Source of the DNA: a virus
Taxonomy: Duplodnaviria > Caudoviricetes
Length of the DNA: 35,727 bases
Virus record (IMG/VR): IMGVR_UViG_3300044993_000095
Span: 1 to 35,727 of that record
Direction: 5' to 3' (one strand)
A program made the translations under genes and the position numbers. This document shows positions 24,870 through 32,877 of this stretch, in pieces; within the stretch, counting starts at the first letter, position 1, and every line of letters starts with the position of its first letter. Below the pieces are notes generated by a model. That model was not told the DNA's origin. It saw nothing but the letters and a program-made list of their open reading frames with translations, and ran no database searches.

Positions 24870-25337
24870 CTATGAAGATTGAACTGTAACGGGAACTTCG
24901 ACGGCGAACTGAAGCACCGCCTCCTTGAAAAAAGCACCGGACTCGGACCTGAAGTTGGAGTACACGATCTGGAACGGGTCCGTGGTCACTTCAACGGTGC
25001 CGCGGATGCTGGGGTCGGAAAGGATCGCGCCGCAGGTGGCGGCGATCAGTCGTTCGAGCTTTTCCTCCGCCTCGCGCCCAGTGTTGAAGCTCGCCTCGGT
25101 CATGACGACGGCCAGCTCGATGCGCTGCATCCTGAAGCCTGACCCCAATCCGAGCGTGCGAATGGAAAGCGATTGGCGCGTTTCGTACACGCCCACCCAC
25201 GGACAACGGCCCGCGTCGGCGTTGACCGGCTCGTTGCTCTCGACCACTGCGGTCAAGTCGTCCACGTCCGGGAACTGCTTGATCTGCGTGACCAGCGCCG
25301 CCGTGACATCTGCCGCGTTGACCGGCATCACCTTCAC
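24870..25337 (-). CDS. Putative tail terminator / completion protein
   Basis: Size and synteny (directly upstream of the tail tube); PWVGVY...DPSIRGTV. Confidence 0.65.
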   Translation of the reverse strand: MKVMPVNAADVTAALVTQIKQFPDVDDLTAVVESNEPVNADAGRCPWVGVYETRQSLSIRTLGLGSGFRMQRIELAVVMTEASFNTGREAEEKLERLIAATCGAILSDPSIRGTVEVTTDPFQIVYSNFRSESGAFFKEAVLQFAVEVPVTVQSS

Positions 25338-25816
25338 GATGACAACCCCGCATCTTGCGCCAGCTTCGACAGTCGCAGCGTGTAGATTCGCGAAGCGATG
25401 TCGAGCGCCACGTCTTCGGGCGGCAGCATGGGCCGTGCCGGCAGGTTGCGGCCCGGATCGCCTTGCTGGTGCACGGCGGCGTAATCGACGCCGTAGGATG
25501 CCCGCGCGCCCACGCCGGCCGTGTCATTGTCGTAGAACGGCGCGAACGAGTTTCGCAGGTTGCCGGTGTCTTGGAGGATGCGGGCGTCGGTCTGGAAGTA
25601 CCGATTCTTGCCGCGACCCTTCCACCGACCCCCGGCCTTGAGCGGCGCCCAGCGCCCAGCGCCCGTCAGGCCGCCTTCCTGCTCGAAATTGCGGATCACC
25701 CACGCGAACAATTGCGCCCCGATCTGACCGTGCAGCGCGGTGCGATCACGCAGCCCGCGAGCCACTTGCGACATGGCCGCGGACGTTTTGGTCACATCGA
25801 TGCTCGTGCTAATCAT
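25334..25816 (-). CDS. Virion morphogenesis / tail completion protein (Mu gpG-like)
   Basis: RNFEQEG...WAPLK...ILQDTGNLRNS...YAAVHQQG...LPARPML motifs. Confidence 0.85.
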   Translation of the reverse strand: MISTSIDVTKTSAAMSQVARGLRDRTALHGQIGAQLFAWVIRNFEQEGGLTGAGRWAPLKAGGRWKGRGKNRYFQTDARILQDTGNLRNSFAPFYDNDTAGVGARASYGVDYAAVHQQGDPGRNLPARPMLPPEDVALDIASRIYTLRLSKLAQDAGLSS

Positions 25817-26258
25817 TGATCCGGTCCCAAGCGTTGTCGAGTTGCGCCCCGCTGCTCACGCTCCAGTTGACGGGATCGTCGAAGCCGAATGCCGTGCGGT
25901 AGTCCTTGTCGGTCCACGGCTTGGGGTCGCTGGTGGCCAGCAATGTGCCGCTGGACACGAGCTCCATCGTGCCGTCCAGCAGCGCCTCGAACCGTTCGTC
26001 GATGTAGGCCTTGAGCTTGTCGGCGTTCTCCTGCATCCAAATCATGCGGTAGTAGGCGAGGTCGATGGACAGCGTGCGCACGACCTGCGGCGCGTTCGAC
26101 GATCCCGGCACGAACGGCACGGTGTACTTTTTGGCGAGCCGTGCGTCGACTTCGCTTTCCGCGTCGTCCACGAACGCCGCAGCACGCTCCGCAGGCACAT
26201 TGGCAGCGACGCCGGGATAGCGCTCGTTCACATCCGCCCAGTCCACGTAACGGCCCAT
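25809..26258 (-). CDS. Head-tail adaptor (Mu gp36/DUF1320-like)
   Basis: YVDWADV...DAESEVDARLAKKYTVP...LSIDLAYY pattern. Confidence 0.75.
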   Translation of the reverse strand: MGRYVDWADVNERYPGVAANVPAERAAAFVDDAESEVDARLAKKYTVPFVPGSSNAPQVVRTLSIDLAYYRMIWMQENADKLKAYIDERFEALLDGTMELVSSGTLLATSDPKPWTDKDYRTAFGFDDPVNWSVSSGAQLDNAWDRIND

Positions 26259-26259
26259 G

Positions 26260-26550
26260 TCAATCGACCTCCAGCGTGACGACCTTGCCGAATTGCCGGT
26301 CTACGTAGGTGTTGGCATTGATCACCGCGATCCACTCGTTCACGACCCACTGGCGGGAGCCGGGGTGCGGCATCATCGCGTAAAAATGACCGTTCCCTGA
26401 AGCGGTGGCGGTCATCGAACTGATGAGCGCCTCGCTACGATCCCGCAGCGTGCAGGCAATGGTGGACGGCACCGCGCCGGAGCTGACCCACGTCAGCTTG
26501 ATCGTGGCCCCTGCGATGACCTCATAGGGCGGATTGGGTCGCTTCGACAT
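26260..26550 (-). CDS. Hypothetical virion-associated protein (96 aa)
   Basis: Compact beta-rich ORF in the structural operon. Confidence 0.6.
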   Translation of the reverse strand: MSKRPNPPYEVIAGATIKLTWVSSGAVPSTIACTLRDRSEALISSMTATASGNGHFYAMMPHPGSRQWVVNEWIAVINANTYVDRQFGKVVTLEVD

Positions 26551-26553
26551 CCG

Positions 26554-27609
26554 TCAGGCATACGCTCCGAGTTCCGGCCCGCGCGCCCACGATAGGGCTA
26601 CGGGGTGATTATACGACAGGCGCACGTCCACCGCGCGCCCGAGGAATACGCGGACGTTGTACAGGATCGCGAACAGCAACGACGTGAGCAGCTCATCGGT
26701 GACGGTCACTCCTTCTGTGATCCGCGAGTTGCGCAGGAAGATGTTCAGATTGCCGTCTTGAATCGTCACCGACTCGATCAGCGTCGCCAGTCGCTGAATG
26801 GACAGCGCGAGTTCGTCGCTGCACGTAGCCGTGTCCGTCAGCGTGCGCCCGCGTTCAATCGACCGCAGCGCCTCGTCGGCGAACGCGACAAACTCGGACA
26901 GCGTGACACTGGTGACGCCAGAGCTTCCGCCAATGATGAAGTCCAGCAGTGTCAGGCCGTCGCTGCTCACGCGCTGGAACAAAAGGATGCGCAGAGTCTC
27001 GTCGGTGACCTCAATGTCATCAAAAATTAGTCGGTTGCGCTCGATGGACCGCAGCGCCTCGTCGACCAACGCGATGAACTCGGACACCGTGACATTAATC
27101 ACGTTAGCCGCGTCACCGATGATGAAGTCCAGCAGCGTCAATCCATCGCTGGTGACCCGCTGGAACAAGATGCTACGAATGGTCTGGTCGGTGACTTCGA
27201 TGTCCTCCGACACAGCAATCTCTATCTCACGAGTCGCTGTAGTCGGGTCCGTCAGCGTCAGCAACTCGATCAGCGTGCGCCCGCGCACCAACACGCGCAC
27301 AAAATCGTCAGTCAGCAGCACGACATCCAGAACAACGACACCGCGCAAGAGGGACAGAAGCACCTCATCCCCAACGGTGATGAAGTCCTCGCGCGTCTGC
27401 GTGTAGATCGTGCCGCCCGAGTCGCCTGGAATGTACGTCGCAGTGATCGACTCCAGCACGTCCAGCGCGCCGGTCATCGTGACGTTGAACTGACGCTGCA
27501 CCTCACCATCGACGACAGAGACAACGTCATCGACAGACGGCGCGAACCGATAACGGTAGTTCGGACTACCGTTGATCGCCGCTCCGTTGATGACCTTCTC
27601 GTTGATCAT
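26554..27609 (-). CDS. Repetitive acidic virion-associated protein with a 62-aa internal duplication
   Basis: Recurring D/E-x-I/V-x-V/L-x-D motifs. DIEVTD...LFQRV.SDGLTLLDFIIG...SEF...DEALRSIER occurs twice, 186 nt apart. Confidence 0.7.
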   Translation of the reverse strand: MINEKVINGAAINGSPNYRYRFAPSVDDVVSVVDGEVQRQFNVTMTGALDVLESITATYIPGDSGGTIYTQTREDFITVGDEVLLSLLRGVVVLDVVLLTDDFVRVLVRGRTLIELLTLTDPTTATREIEIAVSEDIEVTDQTIRSILFQRVTSDGLTLLDFIIGDAANVINVTVSEFIALVDEALRSIERNRLIFDDIEVTDETLRILLFQRVSSDGLTLLDFIIGGSSGVTSVTLSEFVAFADEALRSIERGRTLTDTATCSDELALSIQRLATLIESVTIQDGNLNIFLRNSRITEGVTVTDELLTSLLFAILYNVRVFLGRAVDVRLSYNHPVALSWARGPELGAYA

Positions 27610-27610
27610 G

Positions 27611-28600
27611 TCAGATGGTGACCGTCACCGGCCCCAGGTTCACCCAGATGGAACTCGTGACCATCGTCGAGCCCGCCACATACGGCGACAGCCAGGCCGA
27701 ATTGGGCGGAATGTCCGTAGTGAACACCGTGCTCACTGCTGCAATGGACGAGATATCGAGCCTGCGCACGGTGCACTCGACCGCTGGCGTGTTGCCCTGA
27801 CACTCAAGGTCCAGCTCAAAGAACGCCGTCGATCCGCAGTTGAAGTGTGACCCCAAGTCCCACTGGACCGCGTTGCCCGCGTTGTCGTTGCGCCAGATGG
27901 ACAAGTTGGGCACGCCGCCTTGTTCCGCCCAGCCTGCTACGATGGCGTTCGTGAGCGATGACGGCGGATGCACCGAGTTCACCGCGCCGGTTGTGTTCAC
28001 CAGTCCGATGAAGAAATGCGACGAGTTCGGCGCAATCCAGACGCCGAAGCGCTGCCTGTACTTGAACCCAAATCCCACGTTGCACACCGGATCGGGCACG
28101 CGCCAGTTGATGGGGTTTTGCGCCGATGTTGCCGAGCGCAGGCTGATACGCGGCTGGGAATTGGCCCAGCTTGAGTTGTTGAGCGTATTGCCCGTGACGC
28201 AGCCCACTTGTGTCGGCACGCGCAACCCCAACGACGACCACGACGCCACGCCGATCAGCGGGATCATCCCCACCTGATTCATGCGCGAGTCGAAGGCCAT
28301 GTCCTGCAACGACGCGCGCGGCAGTCGCAACTGCACCGGCGTCCCCACCGCGAATGACGACTGCGCCGTGGTGCCGTCCTGCCCGCGCAGCACCGTCAGC
28401 ACGTCGCCACTGCGCTCAATGCAGATGCACACCTCGATGTTCGTGCCATCGTCAATCGTCACGTAAAAGAAGCCGGGCGGCACAGGACTCGGGAACCGCG
28501 CGCCGTGCCCAGACTGAAGCGTCAGCGTCGATTGCGTGTTGCTAGTGACCGCAACCGACAAGGTGCTGAACGCATTGTTAGCAATGAAATTGCGCGGCAT
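27611..28600 (-). CDS. Putative fibre/appendage structural protein
   Basis: N-terminal ANNAFSTL...GARFPSP...IEVC...LTVLRGQDGTTA module typical of phage fibre/appendage proteins, followed by a beta-rich C-terminus. Confidence 0.65.
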   Translation of the reverse strand: MPRNFIANNAFSTLSVAVTSNTQSTLTLQSGHGARFPSPVPPGFFYVTIDDGTNIEVCICIERSGDVLTVLRGQDGTTAQSSFAVGTPVQLRLPRASLQDMAFDSRMNQVGMIPLIGVASWSSLGLRVPTQVGCVTGNTLNNSSWANSQPRISLRSATSAQNPINWRVPDPVCNVGFGFKYRQRFGVWIAPNSSHFFIGLVNTTGAVNSVHPPSSLTNAIVAGWAEQGGVPNLSIWRNDNAGNAVQWDLGSHFNCGSTAFFELDLECQGNTPAVECTVRRLDISSIAAVSTVFTTDIPPNSAWLSPYVAGSTMVTSSIWVNLGPVTVTI

Positions 28601-28603
28601 GGC

Positions 28604-29224
28604 TCACCCCGGAATGTTCCTCGTGATGGTTGCAAGCAGCGATTGGATCGTAGAGCCGCCTGGCACTGTATACGTCACGACCAGTTCAGGCCGCGTACCA
28701 TCGGACGCTTCCGACGAGTTGGCAACTAGATAAGTTCCTGTAGAACATAACAAAAGCCAGCCGTCATTTTGATAAGTTCCATCTACCCAGTTCTGAACGT
28801 CACTTATCAATCCAGAGCTAGAAAACTCTTTCCAGCCTAATCCGGTGCCATAACTGAAAGATCCACTGGCCGTTGCAACGCGGTCTAAATCTCCACTCGC
28901 GCTGGTTAATTGCCAATTGTTACCCGTACTATAAACAGCGCTTGTTACTTCGGACTCGACCCAATTGCGCAACAACCGATGTGCCACCACAGTCGCTGGC
29001 GTCTCAGCATAAGTAAAATTAAGACGCAGCGTGACCGCGGTCACTGTTGCATTCGATGGGATGTTAGACAGCCCGGTGAAACGAATCACCGTGCGCCATT
29101 CAAAGCCGCTGATTTCTAGATCGGTGCTTGATCCGTAGTTGACAGGGTTGGGACCCTCTATTTTTGCGTCCTCGACGCCGGTAAAGTCACCGCTCGTGTT
29201 GTCTGTGATCGTGACGGTTGGCAT
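28604..29224 (-). CDS. DNRLRE/CBM96-like beta-sandwich protein
   Basis: EDAKI...NYGSS...IRF...IPSNATVTAVTLRL...NWVESEVT...DVQNWVDG...NDGWLL...SSE...RPELVVTY. Confidence 0.7.
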   Translation of the reverse strand: MPTVTITDNTSGDFTGVEDAKIEGPNPVNYGSSTDLEISGFEWRTVIRFTGLSNIPSNATVTAVTLRLNFTYAETPATVVAHRLLRNWVESEVTSAVYSTGNNWQLTSASGDLDRVATASGSFSYGTGLGWKEFSSSGLISDVQNWVDGTYQNDGWLLLCSTGTYLVANSSEASDGTRPELVVTYTVPGGSTIQSLLATITRNIPG

Positions 29225-29242
29225 TGTCAGAATCCTGTTGAT

Positions 29243-30748
29243 TTAGAATGGCGTCGGCACCGGGCGCGTGTTCACGGTCTCGTACAGGTAAGGTCCTTGA
29301 AATGAAGGCGGGACATTCGTGATGTACGAGTTGGCGCTTTGCGTCACATAGGCGCCTGTTCCATTGTTCAGACGAATATTCCGAGTCGAGAGGATTCGAC
29401 CGTTCATCTGCGTGTCCAATCCAGCTACTAATTGCCAAGCGTCTTGAGCACTCACCGAATCGGAAAACGCCGCAAGTTCTATAGTTCCGATTGGTCCGTC
29501 CGGGTCAGCATTTTCGGCTCCTGCACTCACGCATATATCTGGGATCGTTGATCCGGGTGCGTGATACACCATCTGAGCCATGACGAACTTGCTAGAGGGG
29601 TACTCATACCGATACTTTGGTCCGGTAATTGTTCCAACTTGGTCAAAGTCATTCCAAAGATCGGTACCGCGACCAGCTTGATGTTTGACAAGGGACGCGG
29701 ACGCAACCGAGGCGCGAATCCTGCAATGTCGATAGTTGTGCGACAGGCCAAAATTGCGGAGCGCGTGATTCGCCACAACTTGATTTTTATGAAAGTCAAC
29801 GCCATGCGCGCAGAGCACGCGAAACCCGGCAATCATGATGTACTGAGCACCGGATAGGGGGTTAATTTCCCCAATGTCCCAAAAGAACGTGCCGCGCGGC
29901 CATCTGATATTTTCTCGCTCGTTCGCAGTGGTCGCAACGTTGTCGTAATACCACTCAAAGCTGCCGTTTTCAAAAGTGCGAACTCGGCCACGAACAGCAC
30001 CGCAATAACGGTATCCGATAATGCTTGTGCGGAATAGAGCGCAGTCGATATCTTGAATTCTGATATTTGCGGAAGGCGTCAAAACGCTCGTGCTGAGGTC
30101 GCGAGTTTCCGGCGCAAACGTACCGATGATTGGGTCAGCGCCCGATCCCGTTTTGCTGAAAAGTACGTTGTGGAGTCCAGCGCAGCCAAGTTCGCCGAAC
30201 GATGTATAGTTGCCACCAGCGACCAAAGCGTAGTGGCTATTGCTCGAAAAAGCTGGCCACGATCCGGCGCTTGGATCAATAATCGTTGGGGCTGGCGGAG
30301 CAGAAACCACAACAGAAAGGCTGACTGTTGTTTCGTTTCCGGCACCATCTCTAATCCTCAATCGGACGTTTTTGGTGCCAGTCGTAGTGAACACGCGATC
30401 AAAAATAGGCTCACCCGTATCCTCGTCTCGCGATGCTCCATACCACGGCCAAGTGCCTCCGATATTTTCGTCGTAGTTGATACGGTATCCAAGATGCCAC
30501 CATGCACCGGATTCGCTGTTACCGCTTGAGTGCGTTGACCTCGTTCCGCTTGCGTCGAAGTGGACCAAGAAAGGCGCGATTCCGCTGATTGTAGTCGATC
30601 CGTCAGTTGCCACGGTTACGGTTTGCAAATTACCGTTCGTGTCCACGTACTCGACCTTTAGATCGGGCGTGATGTCGCCGCCTCCGCCACCTCCGCCGCC
30701 CTGCACGCGCGGCGGAAAATGATGCTTACGTTCAATGCGCGTGGCCAT
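29243..30748 (-). CDS. PKD/Ig-like domain protein with beta-rich C-terminus (adhesin or depolymerase-like)
   Basis: Poly-Gly linker and PKD-like GIAPFLVHFDASGT...FTTTGTKNVRLRIRDGAGN. Probable start MATRIER at 30748. Confidence 0.6.
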   Translation of the reverse strand: MATRIERKHHFPPRVQGGGGGGGGDITPDLKVEYVDTNGNLQTVTVATDGSTTISGIAPFLVHFDASGTRSTHSSGNSESGAWWHLGYRINYDENIGGTWPWYGASRDEDTGEPIFDRVFTTTGTKNVRLRIRDGAGNETTVSLSVVVSAPPAPTIIDPSAGSWPAFSSNSHYALVAGGNYTSFGELGCAGLHNVLFSKTGSGADPIIGTFAPETRDLSTSVLTPSANIRIQDIDCALFRTSIIGYRYCGAVRGRVRTFENGSFEWYYDNVATTANERENIRWPRGTFFWDIGEINPLSGAQYIMIAGFRVLCAHGVDFHKNQVVANHALRNFGLSHNYRHCRIRASVASASLVKHQAGRGTDLWNDFDQVGTITGPKYRYEYPSSKFVMAQMVYHAPGSTIPDICVSAGAENADPDGPIGTIELAAFSDSVSAQDAWQLVAGLDTQMNGRILSTRNIRLNNGTGAYVTQSANSYITNVPPSFQGPYLYETVNTRPVPTPF

Positions 30749-30845
30749 TATGCAAGCGAGCTCCACGCTGCGTTGCCGCGAGCGTTTTCGAGTAGCGACG
30801 CAATGAAGCGCCCCTCCTCAGCCCTGTGCTGCGCGCGGAGGTCCT

Positions 30846-31406
30846 TCAACTGCACGCCGCCGCAGCCTCCGTTGTCGGAGCTGTTCCCCACCACGTCACG
30901 TTCTTGACGCGCTTGTACGTGCGACCTCGGTACGTGTATACGGTGGGCCCATAGCATTCCGATCCAGTCGGCACGAAACCGATGACCGTCGTGCCACGCG
31001 TGCCGTCAGCATTGATGCGATACACCGGGTTCATGTTGAGCGCTGCCACGACTGCGACGACAAGGCTCGACGGCGGATTGGGCGGCGACGGCGGTGGCGC
31101 AGGAATGGCCTTGCACGCCTCGTTGCTCGGCGCGGACTCAAGGCCGTTGGCGACCGCCGTGACGTGGTAGCAGTACGTGACGCCATTGGGCGCGCTCGTG
31201 TGCGTGTAGGTGACGGCGCTAGTCGTGGTGATCAACGACTTCGACTGCCCCTGCACGCCGCCGAACACGCGATAGGTGAGCGCGGCAGTGATGGGTGTTC
31301 CGTCCACGTTTTGCGTCGGGGCCACCCACGTCAGCGTGGCAGTGCCCGCGTGCGAGAGCGCTGGAATAGCCATTGTTGCAAGAACGAGCCAACGAACAAG
31401 CTTCAT
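30846..31406 (-). CDS. Fibronectin type III domain protein with Sec signal peptide
   Basis: Signal MKLVRWLVLATMAIPALSHA|G. FN3 pattern ATLTWVAP...YRVF...YCYHVTAVANGLESAPSN, then a Pro-rich linker. Confidence 0.75.
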   Translation of the reverse strand: MKLVRWLVLATMAIPALSHAGTATLTWVAPTQNVDGTPITAALTYRVFGGVQGQSKSLITTTSAVTYTHTSAPNGVTYCYHVTAVANGLESAPSNEACKAIPAPPPSPPNPPSSLVVAVVAALNMNPVYRINADGTRGTTVIGFVPTGSECYGPTVYTYRGRTYKRVKNVTWWGTAPTTEAAAACS

Positions 31407-32095
31407 TCCGCTGCCTCCTGCTCAAGTTCGACGCCTACGTCTTGATGACACGTCGCGCACAGCTTGTAGGGCGACGTGCCCATCGCTTCGAGGTTGTCGG
31501 TGATATGCCCAAACACGCCGACGCCGGTGCCGTCGAAGCAACAGCGCGTCAGCCGCCCGTCGGATAGCACCATTGCCCAGCCTCCGCGCACCCACGGGCA
31601 CGGCATCCGTTGTGCGCTCACGTGCCATTTGACTTGACCGGCCCAATCGACAGCCGAGATTGCCGGGTCAGCACTGACGCCGGCGAGGATGCCCGCACGC
31701 TTGAGTGCTTCGACTGCTGGCCCCGCCCGTTCCGGCCTGTGCAGCGACACGTACACGCGCGGGCGATAGGGAGCCATCGCCTGCGCCATGTCGTCATCTA
31801 CCAACAGGCCGTTGGTCGCAAGCACAATGTCATGCTCATCACCCAACGCCTCACGCGCAAGGGCGAGCATCGGGATGAACTCCGGATGCATCGTGCTCTC
31901 GCCAATGCCCGCCAAGTTCAACTCTCCCTGCGTGCCGCGCTTCTTGAAGTGGTACGCCCATCCAATGGCCGCCAGGTACGTGTTTGCGTCCATGTCGCGC
32001 TTCTCGCGCTTCATGGTCGGATGCACGCAATAGCGGCACCGCAGATTGCACCGCGAGGTGATCTCAATCTGGTGGATGCTGCGCAGCGGGATCAC
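31403..32095 (-). CDS. Radical SAM protein with SPASM/twitch-like C-terminus
   Basis: IEITSRCNLRCRYC (CxxxCxxC), GIGESTMHP, ATNG and C-terminal C...GRLTRCC...CATC. Confidence 0.88.
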   Translation of the reverse strand: MIPLRSIHQIEITSRCNLRCRYCVHPTMKREKRDMDANTYLAAIGWAYHFKKRGTQGELNLAGIGESTMHPEFIPMLALAREALGDEHDIVLATNGLLVDDDMAQAMAPYRPRVYVSLHRPERAGPAVEALKRAGILAGVSADPAISAVDWAGQVKWHVSAQRMPCPWVRGGWAMVLSDGRLTRCCFDGTGVGVFGHITDNLEAMGTSPYKLCATCHQDVGVELEQEAAE

Positions 32096-32295
32096 GCAAG
32101 CGGCTCCGTCTTGGTGACGTTGCCTTCGCTGTCGCGCTCGACGACGATGGCGATGTTGCCATCGCCAAGCTGCACCGCTTCCTTGCCAGCCTGCGCAAGC
32201 TCAGCGCGCACTTCGTAGAACAACTGCGCGGCGAGCTTCCACTCACGCGCGTCGAAGTGCTGCTTCGAGCGGGTTGCTTTGTCGACAATTGACAT
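32092..32295 (-). CDS. Hypothetical protein (67 aa)
   Basis: GGAGG RBS; coupled to the radical SAM gene. Confidence 0.6.
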   Translation of the reverse strand: MSIVDKATRSKQHFDAREWKLAAQLFYEVRAELAQAGKEAVQLGDGNIAIVVERDSEGNVTKTEPLA

Positions 32296-32310
32296 CGTGA
32301 TCGCCTCCTA

Positions 32311-32877
32311 TCAAGTGCTGTGCGCGAGGTCGTGCGAGCCGACGCGGACGCGGTACGTGAGCGCGAGGAAATCGCTGTTGCCCAGCGTCACGCCGAGGCC
32401 GTTGGCCGCAGCCAGGTAGTCGCCGTTCGTCGCGTGCGAAGTGGTGAGGTCCGCGATGAACGCGGTCGCCAACTGCACCGACGTGATGTTGTCCGCCGCG
32501 CCGGCCCACGTCTGGGTCATGAACGCCCATTCGCGCGACTGCGCCGACGCGCCCGTCACGTTCGAGGTCTTGCGCGACACCTCGCCCCAGTTCGGCTGAT
32601 CCGATCCGAGCGTGTGCGCAGCGGTCGCGGTGCCGATGCCGATGACGAAGAACGGCGTCGTGCCGGTGCCCTGCACGGCGCGGTTGGCGAGGCGGTTCAA
32701 GCCCTGCGCCAGCACGATGTTGCGGACGAATCGTTCCTCCACTTCTCCGGACGCGCGCGTCACCCGCACCTGAAACCCGCCGAGCGGCAGAATCTGGTCC
32801 GCGATCCGCGCGCGCTCCTGGTCAAGCAGGGCCTGCACCTGCTCGCCGGTGTACGTCTTAGAGGTGTCGATCTTCAT
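32311..32877 (-). CDS. Putative virion structural protein
   Basis: RNIVLAQGLNRLA...FFVIGIGT...EVSRK...DFLALTYRV pattern seen in phage fibre/neck-associated proteins. Confidence 0.6.
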   Translation of the reverse strand: MKIDTSKTYTGEQVQALLDQERARIADQILPLGGFQVRVTRASGEVEERFVRNIVLAQGLNRLANRAVQGTGTTPFFVIGIGTATAAHTLGSDQPNWGEVSRKTSNVTGASAQSREWAFMTQTWAGAADNITSVQLATAFIADLTTSHATNGDYLAAANGLGVTLGNSDFLALTYRVRVGSHDLAHST

